Shown here in pieces: positions 50,000 to 63,051 of a stretch of 64,000 bases of DNA. The position numbers were made by a program, and so were the translations under genes. This stretch comes from Malacoraja senta (lineage: Eukaryota), in assembly GCA_038087875.1 (NCBI GenBank), contig CM075984.1, positions 43,524,001 through 43,588,000 on the forward strand. Direction: 5' to 3'. How positions within the stretch are numbered: position 1 is the first letter of the stretch; the number at the start of each line of letters is the position of its first letter. The notes beneath the pieces are model-generated. The model did no database searches, was not told the DNA's origin, and saw nothing but the letters and a program-made list of their open reading frames with translations.

Positions 50000-51300
50000 A
50001 GACACAGCTCAGGTAGGACGTGTAGCCATCATCTCCATCCAGGTAGATCCCCAGAGACAAGGACAAACCACAAGGAAGAAGTGATACTATTCTGTCCCTT
50101 TAATATATACCATCTGGGAAAGGTCAACAGACAAAGAAGGCTGCTCCTCAGTATTCCTACTCCTTCAGAATTAACATAGAGAAGGAAAAAGAAGATACAT
50201 ACCCTGGTGCCCAACTTTATCAATATAAGAACATAACATATTTGACACCAGTGAAGGGAAAAGAAAAGAACTACGTCCAAAACTTTCTGAAGAAATACAG
50301 ATAGCCTCTGAAGCCCATTGGGGCAAGCTCCAACTTGAAAAATTAAATTTGGAAATCTGGAAATGAATACTCCTCTGTGGTTCGGGGACACCTACTCTGC
50401 GCCTAAATTTTAGTTATTAGAAATAAATTGACAAAATTCTGAATTCGATCTCTAAATTGTGTAGTGATGAATTGGAAGGACTTTAAAATTTGAGATTTGG
50501 AAATGGCTTATGGGATATCATTTAAAAAATAATTGGAAAATTGATTGTTGACATGGCATTCTTTTCCTGTCTCACCCATAGGAGGATAATCGAAGATGGG
50601 ACGGGACTGTTTAGTGGCTATCAAGAAAGGGACAGACCTTCGCAGGTATCAGGTTAAGAAATACCCTGGGAACATAGGTGGTGGTGTAGAATGATGAGGC
50701 AGCCTGAAAGTTTAAATAACGAGTTCCTCTCGGAAAGGTCAATACTAACCATCCAGAAAGTTACTCAGTGGTAAAAGGAGACTAGTTATAGTGAAGAATC
50801 CCTATTGTCTGTGAATCTGTTCAACGTACTAAGAAAAGGTTACATTGGATTAGAAGTACTGGGGGAATGGGTACATGTTGTCAGAGTCGATGTATTTGAC
50901 CGGTGAATCAAAATTTATCTAACCCTTGATAATAAAGCGTCTCCTATTAGCAAGGTGTAAATAAATTGCTCCTAGATTCGGCATTCTTAATTGGCTCTAT
51001 AGTAATCTACAACATATGGAAATTAATTGATTAAATTAGAACAGCTGAGAATTCCACAGCAATTGAATTGAATTGTGCTTATCGACCACAAGCTGTAGAA
51101 TGGAAAAGGGTGAGACGGACCCTGAAGCTCAAAATATTAAATTGAAGGCTGAGACTGAATTTGGCTGAATTGGAGCATTCCCCATGGTTATTTTGAATAC
51201 GAGTCACGCCTGTAGGGAAATCTGGACTGAACCCAGCTGAAATTTATATAAGAAACCCTCATCATGAATACATTGGAAACCACCATGTGACTGCGGAGAT
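50000..51300 (+). pseudogene. pol: Heavily deleted pol remnants (integrase core recognisable)
   Basis: NCAYRPQ at about 51070, RTLK at about 51115 and IRVTPVGKSGLNPAEIY at about 51197-51250 match retroviral integrase segments; no YxDD found. Confidence 0.65.
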
Positions 51301-51393
51301 AACTGACTACATGTTTGTGTTGATCCTAGTATGGGAAAGATCGTATCACAGAATAGTACAGAAAAAGGGCATGTGGTTGACAGTGGATGACAG

Positions 51394-51827
51394 GAATGTA
51401 TGGGAAAGCATCAGTGCATGAATGGTTACTTACTTCATCCCAAGTTCTCTTAGGAATTATAGGTTCAACTATGGATCAAATACAGAGGGATTGACAACAC
51501 AGATGGAGGGGATTCGCACCCACGAAAACTCGGGAGGTGAAGAATCATCAGACGGAAATTATGAAGCTACACCCACGAAAACTCGGGAAGCTTGATGAGA
51601 TTCTGGGAAGAATGTATGGGAAAGCATCAGTGCATGAATGGTTACTTACTTCATCCCAAGTTCTCTTAGGAATTGTAGGTTCAACTATGGATCAAATACA
51701 GAGGGATTGACAACACAGATGGAGGGGATTCGCACCCATGAAAACTCGGGAGGTGAAGAATCATCAGACGGATATTATGAAGCTACACCCACGAAAACTC
51801 GGGAAGCTTGATGAGATTCTGGGAAGA
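51394..51827. repeat. 216-bp tandem duplication in the ERV 3' region
   Basis: gaatgtatgggaaagcatcagtg at 51394 and 51610; each unit contains cacccacgaaaactcggga (or a 1-nt variant) twice. Confidence 0.93.
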
Positions 51828-51929
51828 TACATCATCATCTTGTTGTTAATATGATTTATAATGTAACGATCACCCATGTATATCTGATTATCATAAATGA
51901 TGGTTATCATATATGATAAAAGGGAGGAA

Positions 51930-52674
51930 TGTTAATCCTGGCTAAAACAGAGCAGCCATAGCACCAAAATTTAATAAGGACTTATGTACTGTTGGGCCAT
52001 TTTGGTCAAGTTTGATGTGCTCTGCAGAAGTAAGACAAGCTGCTGAATGGTGCCAGCAAGTCTGGGACCCAGATCAGTGTTGCAGAGAATGAATGAGACA
52101 TCTGCAGAGTTCTTACAATGTGTAAAATGCATAGTTGATTGGATCAATGCAAACTAAGTGTACATAGTATAAATAATGTTGCGAGACGGTTGAAATGTTG
52201 AGCCTTGGAGGAACTGTTCGAATCCCAGGGCAAATGTTGCACTATCCATTTGTGTTAGCTTCCTTCTGGAAGCTTCTTTCAAATACAATGTATTTAAGAT
52301 TATGTTATTGGGCTGGGAAGCTGTCAATTATGTACTGTTGTAATTAATATGTTTGATTGGATTGTACAGAGACCACCTCCATATAGTTCGGCCCCTCAAA
52401 GTTCGGGGACCTATAAAAGGCAGCCCCCACAAGTTCCTTTGTTGATCTTCTGGAAGAGCGCTTGGGACTGCATGACCTTTTGGAGTGTCTCTGCTTGCAC
52501 GAGGCTAGAGGGCTTGGCCAAGCAGATACAAGGATCGAACCCGCGGTGGTTTAGGTATCGTATAGGGGAATTTGTTGTATTATCCAAAAATAAAGTTTAG
52601 TTGTTCAAGTGCTTGAATCAGTATTTTATTGACTGAAATAGAATGGGGGGAAGCTAAGAAAGAACATATTTACA
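51930..52674 (+). repeat. 3' LTR (745 bp)
   Basis: Follows the PPT; tgttaa...tttaca; aligns to the 5' LTR but lacks about 52 bp. Confidence 0.93.
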
Positions 52675-52799
52675 CCTCCGCACCAAATATATTTTCACAT
52701 GACTGATCCTAGAGCTAGTATTTTTCTAAAACCGTTAACACCATTAAGTTCCTTAATTATATGATCTCTTATTCTTCTAAAATTAGCCCAGCAAACGTA

Positions 52800-53270
52800 A
52801 CCTCTCCCTGCACAACAAAACACTTCATCCAAGGAATTAATCTATTGAATGTTTCCTGCACTCCCTCAATTACACGATATCCTTCATTAGGAAGGGCAAG
52901 CAGAATTGTACTCCATAATTCATGTGATAGGAGCTTAAGTAGGCCATTCGGCCCATCAAGCCTACTCTACCATCCAATCATGGCTGATCTATCTCTCCCT
53001 CCTAACCCCATAGCTCCTGATACTCATACCAATCAAGAGCCTATCTGCCTTAAACATATCCATTGACTTGGCCTCCACAGCCTTCTGTGGCAATGAATTC
53101 CACTGATTCACCACCCTGGGCCATATGTATGTGGAATATGTTTTCTCTATTCTTGTAATAGAGGCCAAAGTATCTTTAGCCTTCCTAATTGGTTCCTGTA
53201 CATGCATGGTAACTTTCAATAATTCATATGCAAGAAAAGAGGTATCAAGGTCCTTTTGAATGCCATTACC
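52800..53270 (-). mobile_element. CR1 3' fragment nested in an older CR1
   Basis: RVVNQWNSLPQKAVEA on the minus strand; aggccattcggcccatc 3' UTR at about 52940. Confidence 0.7.
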
Positions 53271-53601
53271 TTTCAAATTCTCACAAGGTTTAATATATTC
53301 CACCCTTTCAACAAAATAGATGACAGTATAATTGTTCATTTTGTATTCCATCTTGCCCATTTAGTTATTCCACTAATATCTTCTTGAACACTCTCCATTA
53401 TTTTCGAAGGCTATAGTGATAGGGTCAAAAGAGACTTCAGAAGAACTTGAAAGGAGAGGAAATATTAAAATCAAGACATTGCTTAATGCTAATCCAATGT
53501 AAGGTAGATACATGTAATGCTGGCTCGAAGGGCCGAATGGCCTACTCCTGCACAAATTGTCTATTGGTCATAACACATAGATAATAGGTCAATAGAATTT
53601 A

Positions 53602-53941
53602 TGGGCCTGTCCCCCTTATACAACTTTTTTGGCGACTGCCGGCACCCGTCATAGGTCGTTGCAGGTTGCCGAAAATGTTCAACATGTTGAAAATCCAGCG
53701 GCGACCAGAACAAGGTACGACACTTTGGGTGACTGCTCACGACCATACAGGCTTCACCCCACGACATGTCACCGTCATGTCGCTTGTGTGGTCGTGAGTA
53801 GTTTCCTCAGTCACCCAAAGAGTCGTTGCGTCTTTCTGGTCACCGCTGGATTTTCAACATGTTGGAAATTTTCGGCAACCTGCAAGGACCTGTGCCGGGT
53901 GCTGGCAGTCGCCGAAAAAGTCACGTAAGTGGGAAGGCCCA
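53602..53941. mobile_element. Harbinger MITE with fold-back arms
   Basis: tgggcctgtccc / gggaaggccca TIRs, TTA TSD, long internal inverted arms each holding ttcaacatgttg. Confidence 0.88.
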
Positions 53942-54780
53942 TTAGTATGAGTCAGGACAGTGGCAGCAGAATTTTATATAACATTCAGACTTTGGAAGAT
54001 GGTATGTTAGCCAGAAATGCATTGGAATAAGTTTGTGGATTACAAAGCTTTCGTGACAGCTGTGCAGATTCAATAATGATATGGAGCTGGCAATAGACAG
54101 TTTCAGTAACAGAAGGTACAAAAGACTGCAATGCTGGAAACTTGAAAAAAGCATATGTTTTACATAAACATGTGGATATGCAGGGAATGGAGGAATATTG
54201 ATCATGTTGCAGGCAGATAAGAGTTGGTCTTGGCATCATGTTCGGCACAGACATTGTGGGCCGAAGGACCTGTGTTTGTACTGTACTGTTCTATGCTCTA
54301 TTGGGGAAACACATACAAGAGCATCTGTGAGAATTATATTTGCCAAAATATATAGCAGAGAGAACCCATTTTAAAATCTCACTCACCATCCCTACAATCA
54401 TGTTACTTGATTTTGAGGAGTACAGATAACCTCGAGAGGGTGTACAATGCAAGCCTACAAGTTTGATGAATAACACTGAATAGAGTAATTCTCTATTAGG
54501 TACAATAGAGTATCTGGATGCAGTGTTATTACGGTGACAGGGTGTAATTACATGATGATTAGTTTACCCAAGTAATTTATATTATATATGAAAACATAGA
54601 ATTTTTATGATGTGAAATGTTGGCACTAAAATGCTTTGTTATAAGATTTTCAGCACATTCCATGTTGATCACTGGAGCCATAAACTAACTTTAACTTGCA
54701 TCAATTGGGCAACATGTGAGGTGTTACATCCTTTGATCATTACACGATTCACCTTCACTGATCTCATTGGCAAATGCCGA

Positions 54781-55121
54781 AGATAGACACAAAATGCTAT
54801 AGTAATTCAGCCGGACAGGCAGCATCCCTGGAGAGAAGGAATGGGTGACATTTCAGGTCGAGACATTTTTAATTCAGACTGAGAGTCAGGGGAGGGGGAG
54901 ACTAGAAACGTTGGATGGCACATCGTTAACTGAGGGGAAGTTTTCACACCTTACCCTACCATATCTCTAGTCTCCCCCTCCCCTGATTCTCAGTTTGAGG
55001 AAAGGTCTCAGCCAAAACGTCACCCATTCTTTCTCTCCAGAGGACGCTGCCTGTCCCGTTAAGTTACTCCAGCATTTTGTGTCCATCTTCAGTATAAACC
55101 AGCATCTGCAGTTCCTTCCTA
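54781..55121. repeat. Inverted pair of Penelope-derived terminal repeats
   Basis: agatagacacaaaatgct... mirrored by ...agcattttgtgtccatctt; inner arms gagtcaggggagggggagactaga / tctagtctccccctcccctgattc. Confidence 0.8.
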
Positions 55122-56015
55122 CATCATTGGTAAATGCATTAGGTCATGGTACGGTATTAAAGAACACCAAGTTTAATTCCTGTTGCTTGCTACTTTAAAT
55201 GGTCTTGATCTAACACAGGTGTTACTGTGCTTTAATGAGCCTCTAAGTTTCAAGGGTGGAAAAAAATATTAATGAGTTCTTCCATGAAGATAGACACACA
55301 AAGCTGGAGTAACTCAGCGGGCCAGGTAGCATCTCTGGAGAAAAGGAATAGGTTTTGGGTCGAGATGCTTCTTCAAACTGTTCTTACATGACCTTTGAAT
55401 AGTAAATGTGTGAACATCAGGTGAGAATTAGGTTAGGTACTGCTCAGGTGTCTTATATTTAAATGGCTCGGGAACATTTTTGTTTATCTTTGGCACACAT
55501 TAAGAAATAAATATTGAGGGAATAATGGAAGATGCAAATTTTTTTCAGAGCTCTGCCAGCATGAGTTAATGAGGTAGATTTTAACCATTATGTGACTGGC
55601 AGCCAAGTACACTAGGATGCCAAATGACTGAGATGTAGTATTAATGAGTGACCTAGTCTGTGCTGAAGGTTACATCTCTTAATCCTACAGTTAATAATAC
55701 ATTACTTTAAATAAAAAAGTATTCCAAGGAAAGTCAGTGAAGATTTACCAAAGAATTGCCTGGTAACATCCATCAGAGTCAGGGAGCAGATATGGCTGGT
55801 AGGAAATGGTGCCAAATATCAATTGAAATTTAGATGCATCAAAATTTATTGATCGAGGACTTCCGGTGGCGCTATGGAGTAGGAGAGACTCGCGCCGACT
55901 AGCTCCGTGAAAAAAACGTTGAAAACGGGGGAAAAAGACGGGACCTACTTGCAGTAGACGGCACCGATTGTTTGCAGTAAGTCCGTGACGTCATCAGGCG
56001 TGCGACACCGGCAGC

Positions 56016-57029
56016 ATGTCGACTCAACATACCCCCCCCCAAGGCGAGAAAAACCGGCAAGGGAAAAGAGGTAGGCCCAACTGAAGCCTCGGCTTCAGTT
56101 TTAACAGCATCCCGAGAAGATATCTCAAAGAAGAAAAAGACAGATGTGGAAGAATTAAAAATCTTCCTCACACAGGAAATCTCTAATATAATGAACGAAT
56201 TTAAAAGTCTTAAACAGGATTTGACTTCTTTTAAAGAGGAAATTAAAGAAGAAGTTACTGCTTCTGTACATGAAGTTCTGGAAGATTGGAAGTTAGATAT
56301 GGAAGAAAATTTGAAACAAAATATTGAAGAAGTAAATGATAAACAATTCGATGGAATCTAGATTTGATTCTAAGTTGGGGCCTATCCTCCAGACATTAAA
56401 TCAACACCAACAGGTCGTAACGGAATTAGAGGAAATTGCTGAGACGAGCACAGAAACTACAAATAAACTTATTGCCAAGAATAAACGCCTATCAAAGTTA
56501 TTACATCAAATAACCAAAAAATGTATTGACTTGGAGGGACGACAGAGACGCCAGAATTTAAGAATTGTGGGCGTCCAGGAAGGCAGAGAGGGGAATCGTG
56601 ACCCCCGTGAATTTGCTGCAGATCTACTGAAAAAAGTCTTGAATCTGGATTAAGCACCACTACTTGCGCGAGCGCACAGAGTATCGAGACGTCGCCCAAG
56701 GGAGGGCGCCCGCTCCAAGACAACTGATAGTGAAGGTGCAATATGACCATGTTTTGGATAATATGATGAAGATAATTGTTCAAAGCAGAAACCTCGTATT
56801 TGAAGGAGACAAGATCAGTATATTTAGAGATTATCCTGTGGAAGTCGCCAAGAAGACAGCGCTGTTTACAGAAACAAGAAGAATACTTAAGAATATAAAC
56901 AATTTGAGATATGGACTGTTATATCCCGCAACATTAAGAGTAACCTATGAGCGGAAGGAACATTTCTTCATCAAGCACACAGAAGCACTTGAATCCGCCC
57001 AGAGCATCGTGAATGAGACCGAAGATTGA
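56016..57029 (+). pseudogene. L1 ORF1 (coiled coil, RRM, CTD), broken
   Basis: DLEGRQRRQNLRIVGVQEG, APRQLIVK, ISIFRDYP, YGLLYPATLRVT across several frames. Confidence 0.9.
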
Positions 57030-57837
57030 ATAATACACTACACCCAACATTCACCTGAAGATATCGGACATTGTTACCCTGCAGAGAAGAAATGGAACTT
57101 TAAACTATTATACTTAAGAACTGTCCAAAATCTGCAATAAGAATTGGGCAATTAGATTGCTACTGATATATAATATTTACATTTTAGTACTAATTTCTAA
57201 CAACTATTACTAATCATGAATACTACTCAATACTAATTATTGTTAACTGGATCAACTCTGAATTAATTAAAAGTATGAAATATAAGTATAGTGTGATTCA
57301 GGTAATTTATTAATAAAAATGTAGGAAGTTTTTTCTTTGATATTTTTGATTTTACTCTTTAACAATGTTTTCTTTTTAATTTTTTGCAACTAACATTTCT
57401 ATTGGAGACTAATAATTATTTCAATTATGGAATATAACTATTGTTTCCCTCCCCCCCATAAATTGTTTTCATTGTAATTGAAACTTTCCTTCAAAGGAAA
57501 GTACGGAGATAGTAATATTTTTGTTTTTAACCAAAAGCTACGGAAGTCCTTAGATGCTTAGCCACACTAGGGTGGCTATCACTAACTGCACTAATCATAG
57601 TTGTGGTTTTCTTCTTTTTTTACTCTTTACACGCTATTAATGCAACTTTTTTTTATTTTTACTATCTTATGTTATATTATATTTTGTATTTGGTATGGAA
57701 TTGTATATTTTATTTAAGGAGATATGTCCGGATGGAAAATCGACGAGACTTAAAATTCATCTACCTGATGTTTGAGTATAAGGTAGGGTTTAATGTGCTG
57801 AGCCATCTGTTCTAACATAGACCACTTTAATCACAAG

Positions 57838-60800
57838 ATGCAAGACGTCAATAGGAAAATTGGGGGTGAAGGAATTAAATTCTGTAGTTGGAATGTTAAG
57901 GGAATTAATGAACCAATCAAGAGAGATAAAGTATTAGCTCATTTAAAATCACTTAAAGCAGATATAATATTTCTCCAGGAAACACATCTTAAAAAGGAAG
58001 AACAACATAGATTGAAAACAAAATGGATTGCTAAAGCGTATCACTCTTCTGTCTCACATAAATCTAGAGGGGTTGCAATATTAATTCGTAAAGGTATACC
58101 CTTTAAACATATATCAACGATAGAAGATATTGAAGGCAGATATATTGTATTAGTAGGGGAGTTATATTCAAAAAAAGTAACTCTCCTTAATGTGTATGGA
58201 CCAAATTTTGATAGCCCCCTGTTTTTTAAGAGAATACTTAACACTATCACGGAATGTACACAACATAACTTAATTATCGGTGGAGACTTAAATTGTACAC
58301 TGGATGCTTACTTGGATAGATCATCAACTCAAAGAAAATTAAAATCTCAGTCAAGTGAATTTCTAAATTCATATATTAATACTACCAACATTAAGGATGT
58401 TTGGAGAATTGAAAATCCATCTGGTCGAGAATACTCATTTTACTCACCAGTGCATAAAACTTACTCAAGGATAGACTACTTCTTAGTAGACTCTAAACTT
58501 ATCCAATTTACCTATAACTCGCAATATCATAATATTATAATATCAGATCATGCTCCACTAACATTTATGATTAAACTAAATGGAATGACCGAGACACAGT
58601 CACAATGGAGACTTAACCCCCAAATCTTAAAAGAAAAACTATGTAATGAATATCTCGTAAAACAGATTAATATGTTCTTTGAGGCTAATGATAGCCCTGG
58701 AATCTCTGCCTCCCTTCTTTGGGAAACATTTAAAGCATTTGTGCGAGAAGCATTAATCTCTTCGCAATCATTTCTTAACAAAGAGAATAGTGCCAAACAA
58801 CAGACTTTGGAAACGGAAATAAGGCAATTAGACATAGAAAATGCAATAGCACCATCTATGGCAAAACACAATAAAATTGCAGTACTGAAATATAAGTTAA
58901 ACAAGATATACTCAGACCAAGTTATAAAACTATATCAACATACAAAACAATTAAACTTTGAATTTGGTGATAAACCACAAAACCTATTAGCGCGTCAACT
59001 TCGTAAACTGGACGGGGAAAAAACAATTTACAAAATTAGATCAGACAAGGGAGAAATATTAACACTGCCTAAAGATATTAATGATAGATTTTTACAATAC
59101 TATCAAAAACTGTACTCATCTAAAACGACACAACAATCAGCAGGAATGGAAACATTTCTACAGAAATGTAACCTTACAGGTTTAGATCAGAAAGAGAGAG
59201 AATCACTAGATGCAGAAATTACGGTAAAAGACATCGAAGAGTCAATTAGATCTTTAAAAAACAGAAAGGCCCCAGGTCCTGATGGTCTAAGCTCTGAATT
59301 TTATTTAAAAAATTACGATCTGATTTCTCCACGCCTACAGACACTATATAAATACGTTTATACTCAACAGAAACTCCCAGAAACTCTAAATGAATCTACA
59401 ATCATACTTATACCAAAAACGGATAAGGATCCTGAAGACCCAGGTTCATATAGAGCAATAGCTCTCTTAAATACTGATCAAAAAATATTAACCAAAATCC
59501 TATCTCATAGATTGAGCTTAGTGATTAACAAATTAATACACCCCGACCAAACTGGTTTTATTCCAAAACGTTACTCATTTTATAATTTGAGAAGACTATT
59601 CAATATTATATATACAAATAGAATTCCTAATGCAGACCTAGCAATTATATCATTAGATGCTGAAAACGCATTTGACCAGGTAGAATGGTCATATTTATTT
59701 TCGGTAATGGAAAGATTTCATCTTGGAGAGAATTACTGTACATGGATTAAACTGTTATACTCCAATCCAACAGCTAGAATATTAACAAACCAAATGTTAT
59801 CAGTTAAATTTAATCTTTCTAGAGGTTGCAGACAAGGATGTTCACTATCTCCACTATTATTTGCTCTTGCCATTGAACCATTAGCAGAAAGCGTTAGAAC
59901 CCATCCAGGAATACATGGGTACAACACTAGAGATACAAGGAATAAAATGTCCTTATATGCAGATGATGTACTAATATATATTACAAAGTTAGAAACTAGT
60001 ATTCCAAATCTATTAAATCTAATAACTCAATTTGGTCAGTTCTCAGGATATAGAATTAACTGGAATAAAAGTGAAATCATGCCAATAACAAAATTCAATT
60101 TAAATACATTACAACAATCCCCTTTTAAAATAGTTAAAGATAAACTTAAATATTTAGGAATCAATGTAACTAAGACATAGACCTCTTTATTTAAACTAAA
60201 TTTTCCACCCTTACTTAATAAATTACACAAGAATATTCAGTACTGGAAAACAATTCCCATTTCAATGCTTGGTAGAATTAATGCTATAACAATGATCTTC
60301 TTACCGCAACTACTGTACCTATTTCAATTAATTCCGATATATATCCCAAAAAACTTTTTCAAAAAAGTCGACTCCATTGTTACAAGCTTTATCTGGGATT
60401 ATAAGAATCATAGAATAAGTAAAAAACCTTTATGTAAGTCAAAGAGCAACGGAGGTTTGGCTTTGCCAAATTTCTTATTTTATTTTTGGGCAGTCCATAT
60501 TAAAAACATAAATTTCTGGCTGGAAGAAATGGATCAATATCCAGATTGGTTAAGGATGGAAAAGGATTTGAAATTGGTTCGATTATATTTGCTCCCACAA
60601 AACTGCATAAAAAAACCTATAAGGAAAACCCTATAATACATAGTGGAATATGAATTTGGAAACAATTAAAGAAAGCTTTAAAACTGAATAAAAGAGTTAC
60701 AACAGAATCATGGACTGCACTCAAATAATTTTTTCAGATATCTACAAATTAGAGATTATGTTAAATCTAATACACAAGTATATAGGACTAGGGAACCAGA

Positions 60801-61472
60801 AATTCTTGATGAATGTTTGAATAAGCATCCTAACTGAAAAATTAATACCTTATATTTATAATACCCTCTTAAACAATGAGGTACCACCGATGGAACTATA
60901 TAGACACACATGGGAAAATGAGTTAGGTCATTCTATAACGAAAGACATTTGGGACGAAAGTTTACAACATATACATCAATGCTCGTTAAATGCCAGACAT
61001 GCTTTAATACAATTTAAAATCTTACACAGATTACATTATTCCAAAGTAAAACTAAATAGAATCTTCCCACATATTTCTTCTATCTGTGATAAATGCTTAC
61101 ATCTAGAGGCCAATTTAACACATACTTTTGCCAATTGTATAAAAATTAAAAATTTCTGGATTGATATTTTTGAAATAATTTCTGAAGTTGTTAATACTAA
61201 ATTGGATCCAGACTCAAAATTAATAATACGGGATATCAGAACAAAGTTTAACACTCACAACAAACCAAAGAAACTTCCTTGACTACAGTATAATAACTGG
61301 GAAAAAATTAATATTAAAATTTTGGAAAGGTCCTATAACCCCCACAATTAAAATGTGGATTGTGGAAATGTCAGAGACCCTACATCTAGAAAGAATTAGA
61401 CTTGTCTTAATGGACAAACAAGAACTTTTTGTTAAAATATGGGCTCCATTCGTTAACTATTTAAAGGGATAG
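57838..61472 (+). pseudogene. L1 ORF2 (APE endonuclease and RT); open for 780 aa, then a stop at 60178-60180 and frameshifts
   Basis: SWNVKG, FLQETH, NVYGPN, GGDLN, SRIDYF, SDH; KAPGPDG, RGCRQGCSLSP, LYADD; CDKC...HTFANC. Confidence 0.93.
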
Positions 61473-61802
61473 ATGGGCCCAGCACGAAAACCCAACTGAA
61501 GCTTGAACTCAGGATTAGATGTAAAATTATATTTCATAACCTACGAACTTATCTCCAAAGACGTATTATAAGTAGTTCATTCCACCTCTTTTTTTTTTCC
61601 ATGATATTTGTAATGCGTTTTTCTTTCTATCTTTCTTTTTCTATCTATATAAAAAAAAACACTAGAAGCAGAATTAATCGACAATTGACAATTTTAATAA
61701 TGTATGATTGATGTATATGAAAAGTTTGTATTTCTATTATAATATGTTACCATACCTTATAATATGTTTGCTTCTAATAAAAATATTAATCAAAAAAAAA
61801 AA

Positions 61803-62465
61803 TTCTGGAGTGATATTTTTGAAATATTTACAAAATTGTTCAAGATAAAAATGGAACCTAATACTGAAATGGTTATATTTGGAGTAACGGAAGACGGGAA
61901 CAAATTGAACACATTTCAAAATTTATTTTTTAATTATGGGTTAATAACGGCAAAAAAACTTATACTTAAATTTTGGAAAAATACACCCATACCAACGCTT
62001 AAAATGTGGATTTCAAACATGTTGGATACCACACATCTTGAGGAAATGCGATTCCTCCTAATAGATAAATCAGACCAATTCTTAACGAGTTGGTCTCCAT
62101 TTATCGACTTTTTGGAAGCATATGGTGCAACAAAATTGTAGAAACTAACTGTTTCAGGACTGGGTGAAGGATGGTCAAGAATATAAATAACGATCTCCTT
62201 AATTTCTTACTCTTTACTCTACTCTTTCTCTCTTCTTTTCTTATCTTTATTTTTCCCCTTTCCCCCCTTTTTTCCTTTTCACACACCATATATCACACGT
62301 TTTTCTATCTTTTATTATCTATTCTCTCTTTTTCTCTTTCATTATAAAAAAAATAAAAGAAGAAGCTGTACATAAAATGTAAAATGTCAATATATATTAG
62401 GCACCTTGGTGCCATATTGCTGTACTCACTTCTAATAAAATTAATTAAAAAAAATAAAAAATAAA
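61803..62465 (+). mobile_element. Second, different L1 3' fragment directly behind the first polyA
   Basis: FWSDIFEIF...AKKLILKFWK...WSPF, its own 3' UTR, aataaa and A-rich tail. Confidence 0.88.
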
Positions 62466-63051
62466 TTATTGATCGTGAAAAGTGGAGAACAGAAAATAAG
62501 GAATACCCAGTAGGTCAGGCAGCATCTGCGGAGAGATACAGTGGTATAATTTCAGCTTGATGACCTTTCATCCGAACTAGCTCAGTAAAACATTAACTGT
62601 TATCACCATCTTCGGTCTTAATTTCAGGTTTCCAGCATTGACTGCCAGAGTGGAAAGTTGTTTGATTCTGTCTGAATCACTGGCTGAGACAGGGTGGAAT
62701 AGGTAGCAAAATAATAGAAATTGTAGTGTTGACGATGGCTTCTCAGTACTTAGCTGTGGAAAATTTTAAGACTCATCCAAACTCCTTGGACAAATTGGCA
62801 AATGAGGTAGAAGCAGTGAATAGGCTGAAGGAGATATTGGTGCCATGTTTAGCTAATAATAAGGATGGTTCTTTGCAGCACACTGATAATAAAGGCAACT
62901 TATTGGTAGGTAGTGCCCAACCTTTTGCTGGCCTCACATTGCCAGAGCCTCGGGTTTGATCCCGACCTCGGGTCCTGTGCGAAATCTGCATATTCTCCCT
63001 GTGATTGCATGGGTTACCTCTGAGTGCTCCAGTTTCCTACCACGTGCCACG

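Larger units (their letters stand above)
44384..52674 (+). mobile_element. Defective class I (gamma/epsilon-like) endogenous retrovirus, no env seen
   Basis: Paired TG...CA LTRs, tRNA-Pro PBS, PPT aaaagggaggaa at 51918-51929, gag with CCHC knuckle, integrase remnants. Confidence 0.9.
55856..61802 (+). mobile_element. Near full-length L1 LINE (inactivated)
   Basis: 5' gacttccggtggcgc start, ORF1, about 800-bp AT-rich spacer, ORF2 EN-RT, 3' UTR, aataaa and A tail. Confidence 0.93.

Noticed and set aside
51394-51827. CRISPR-like spaced 19-bp repeats
   Set aside because: The spacers are duplicated too; a simple tandem duplication in a eukaryotic ERV.
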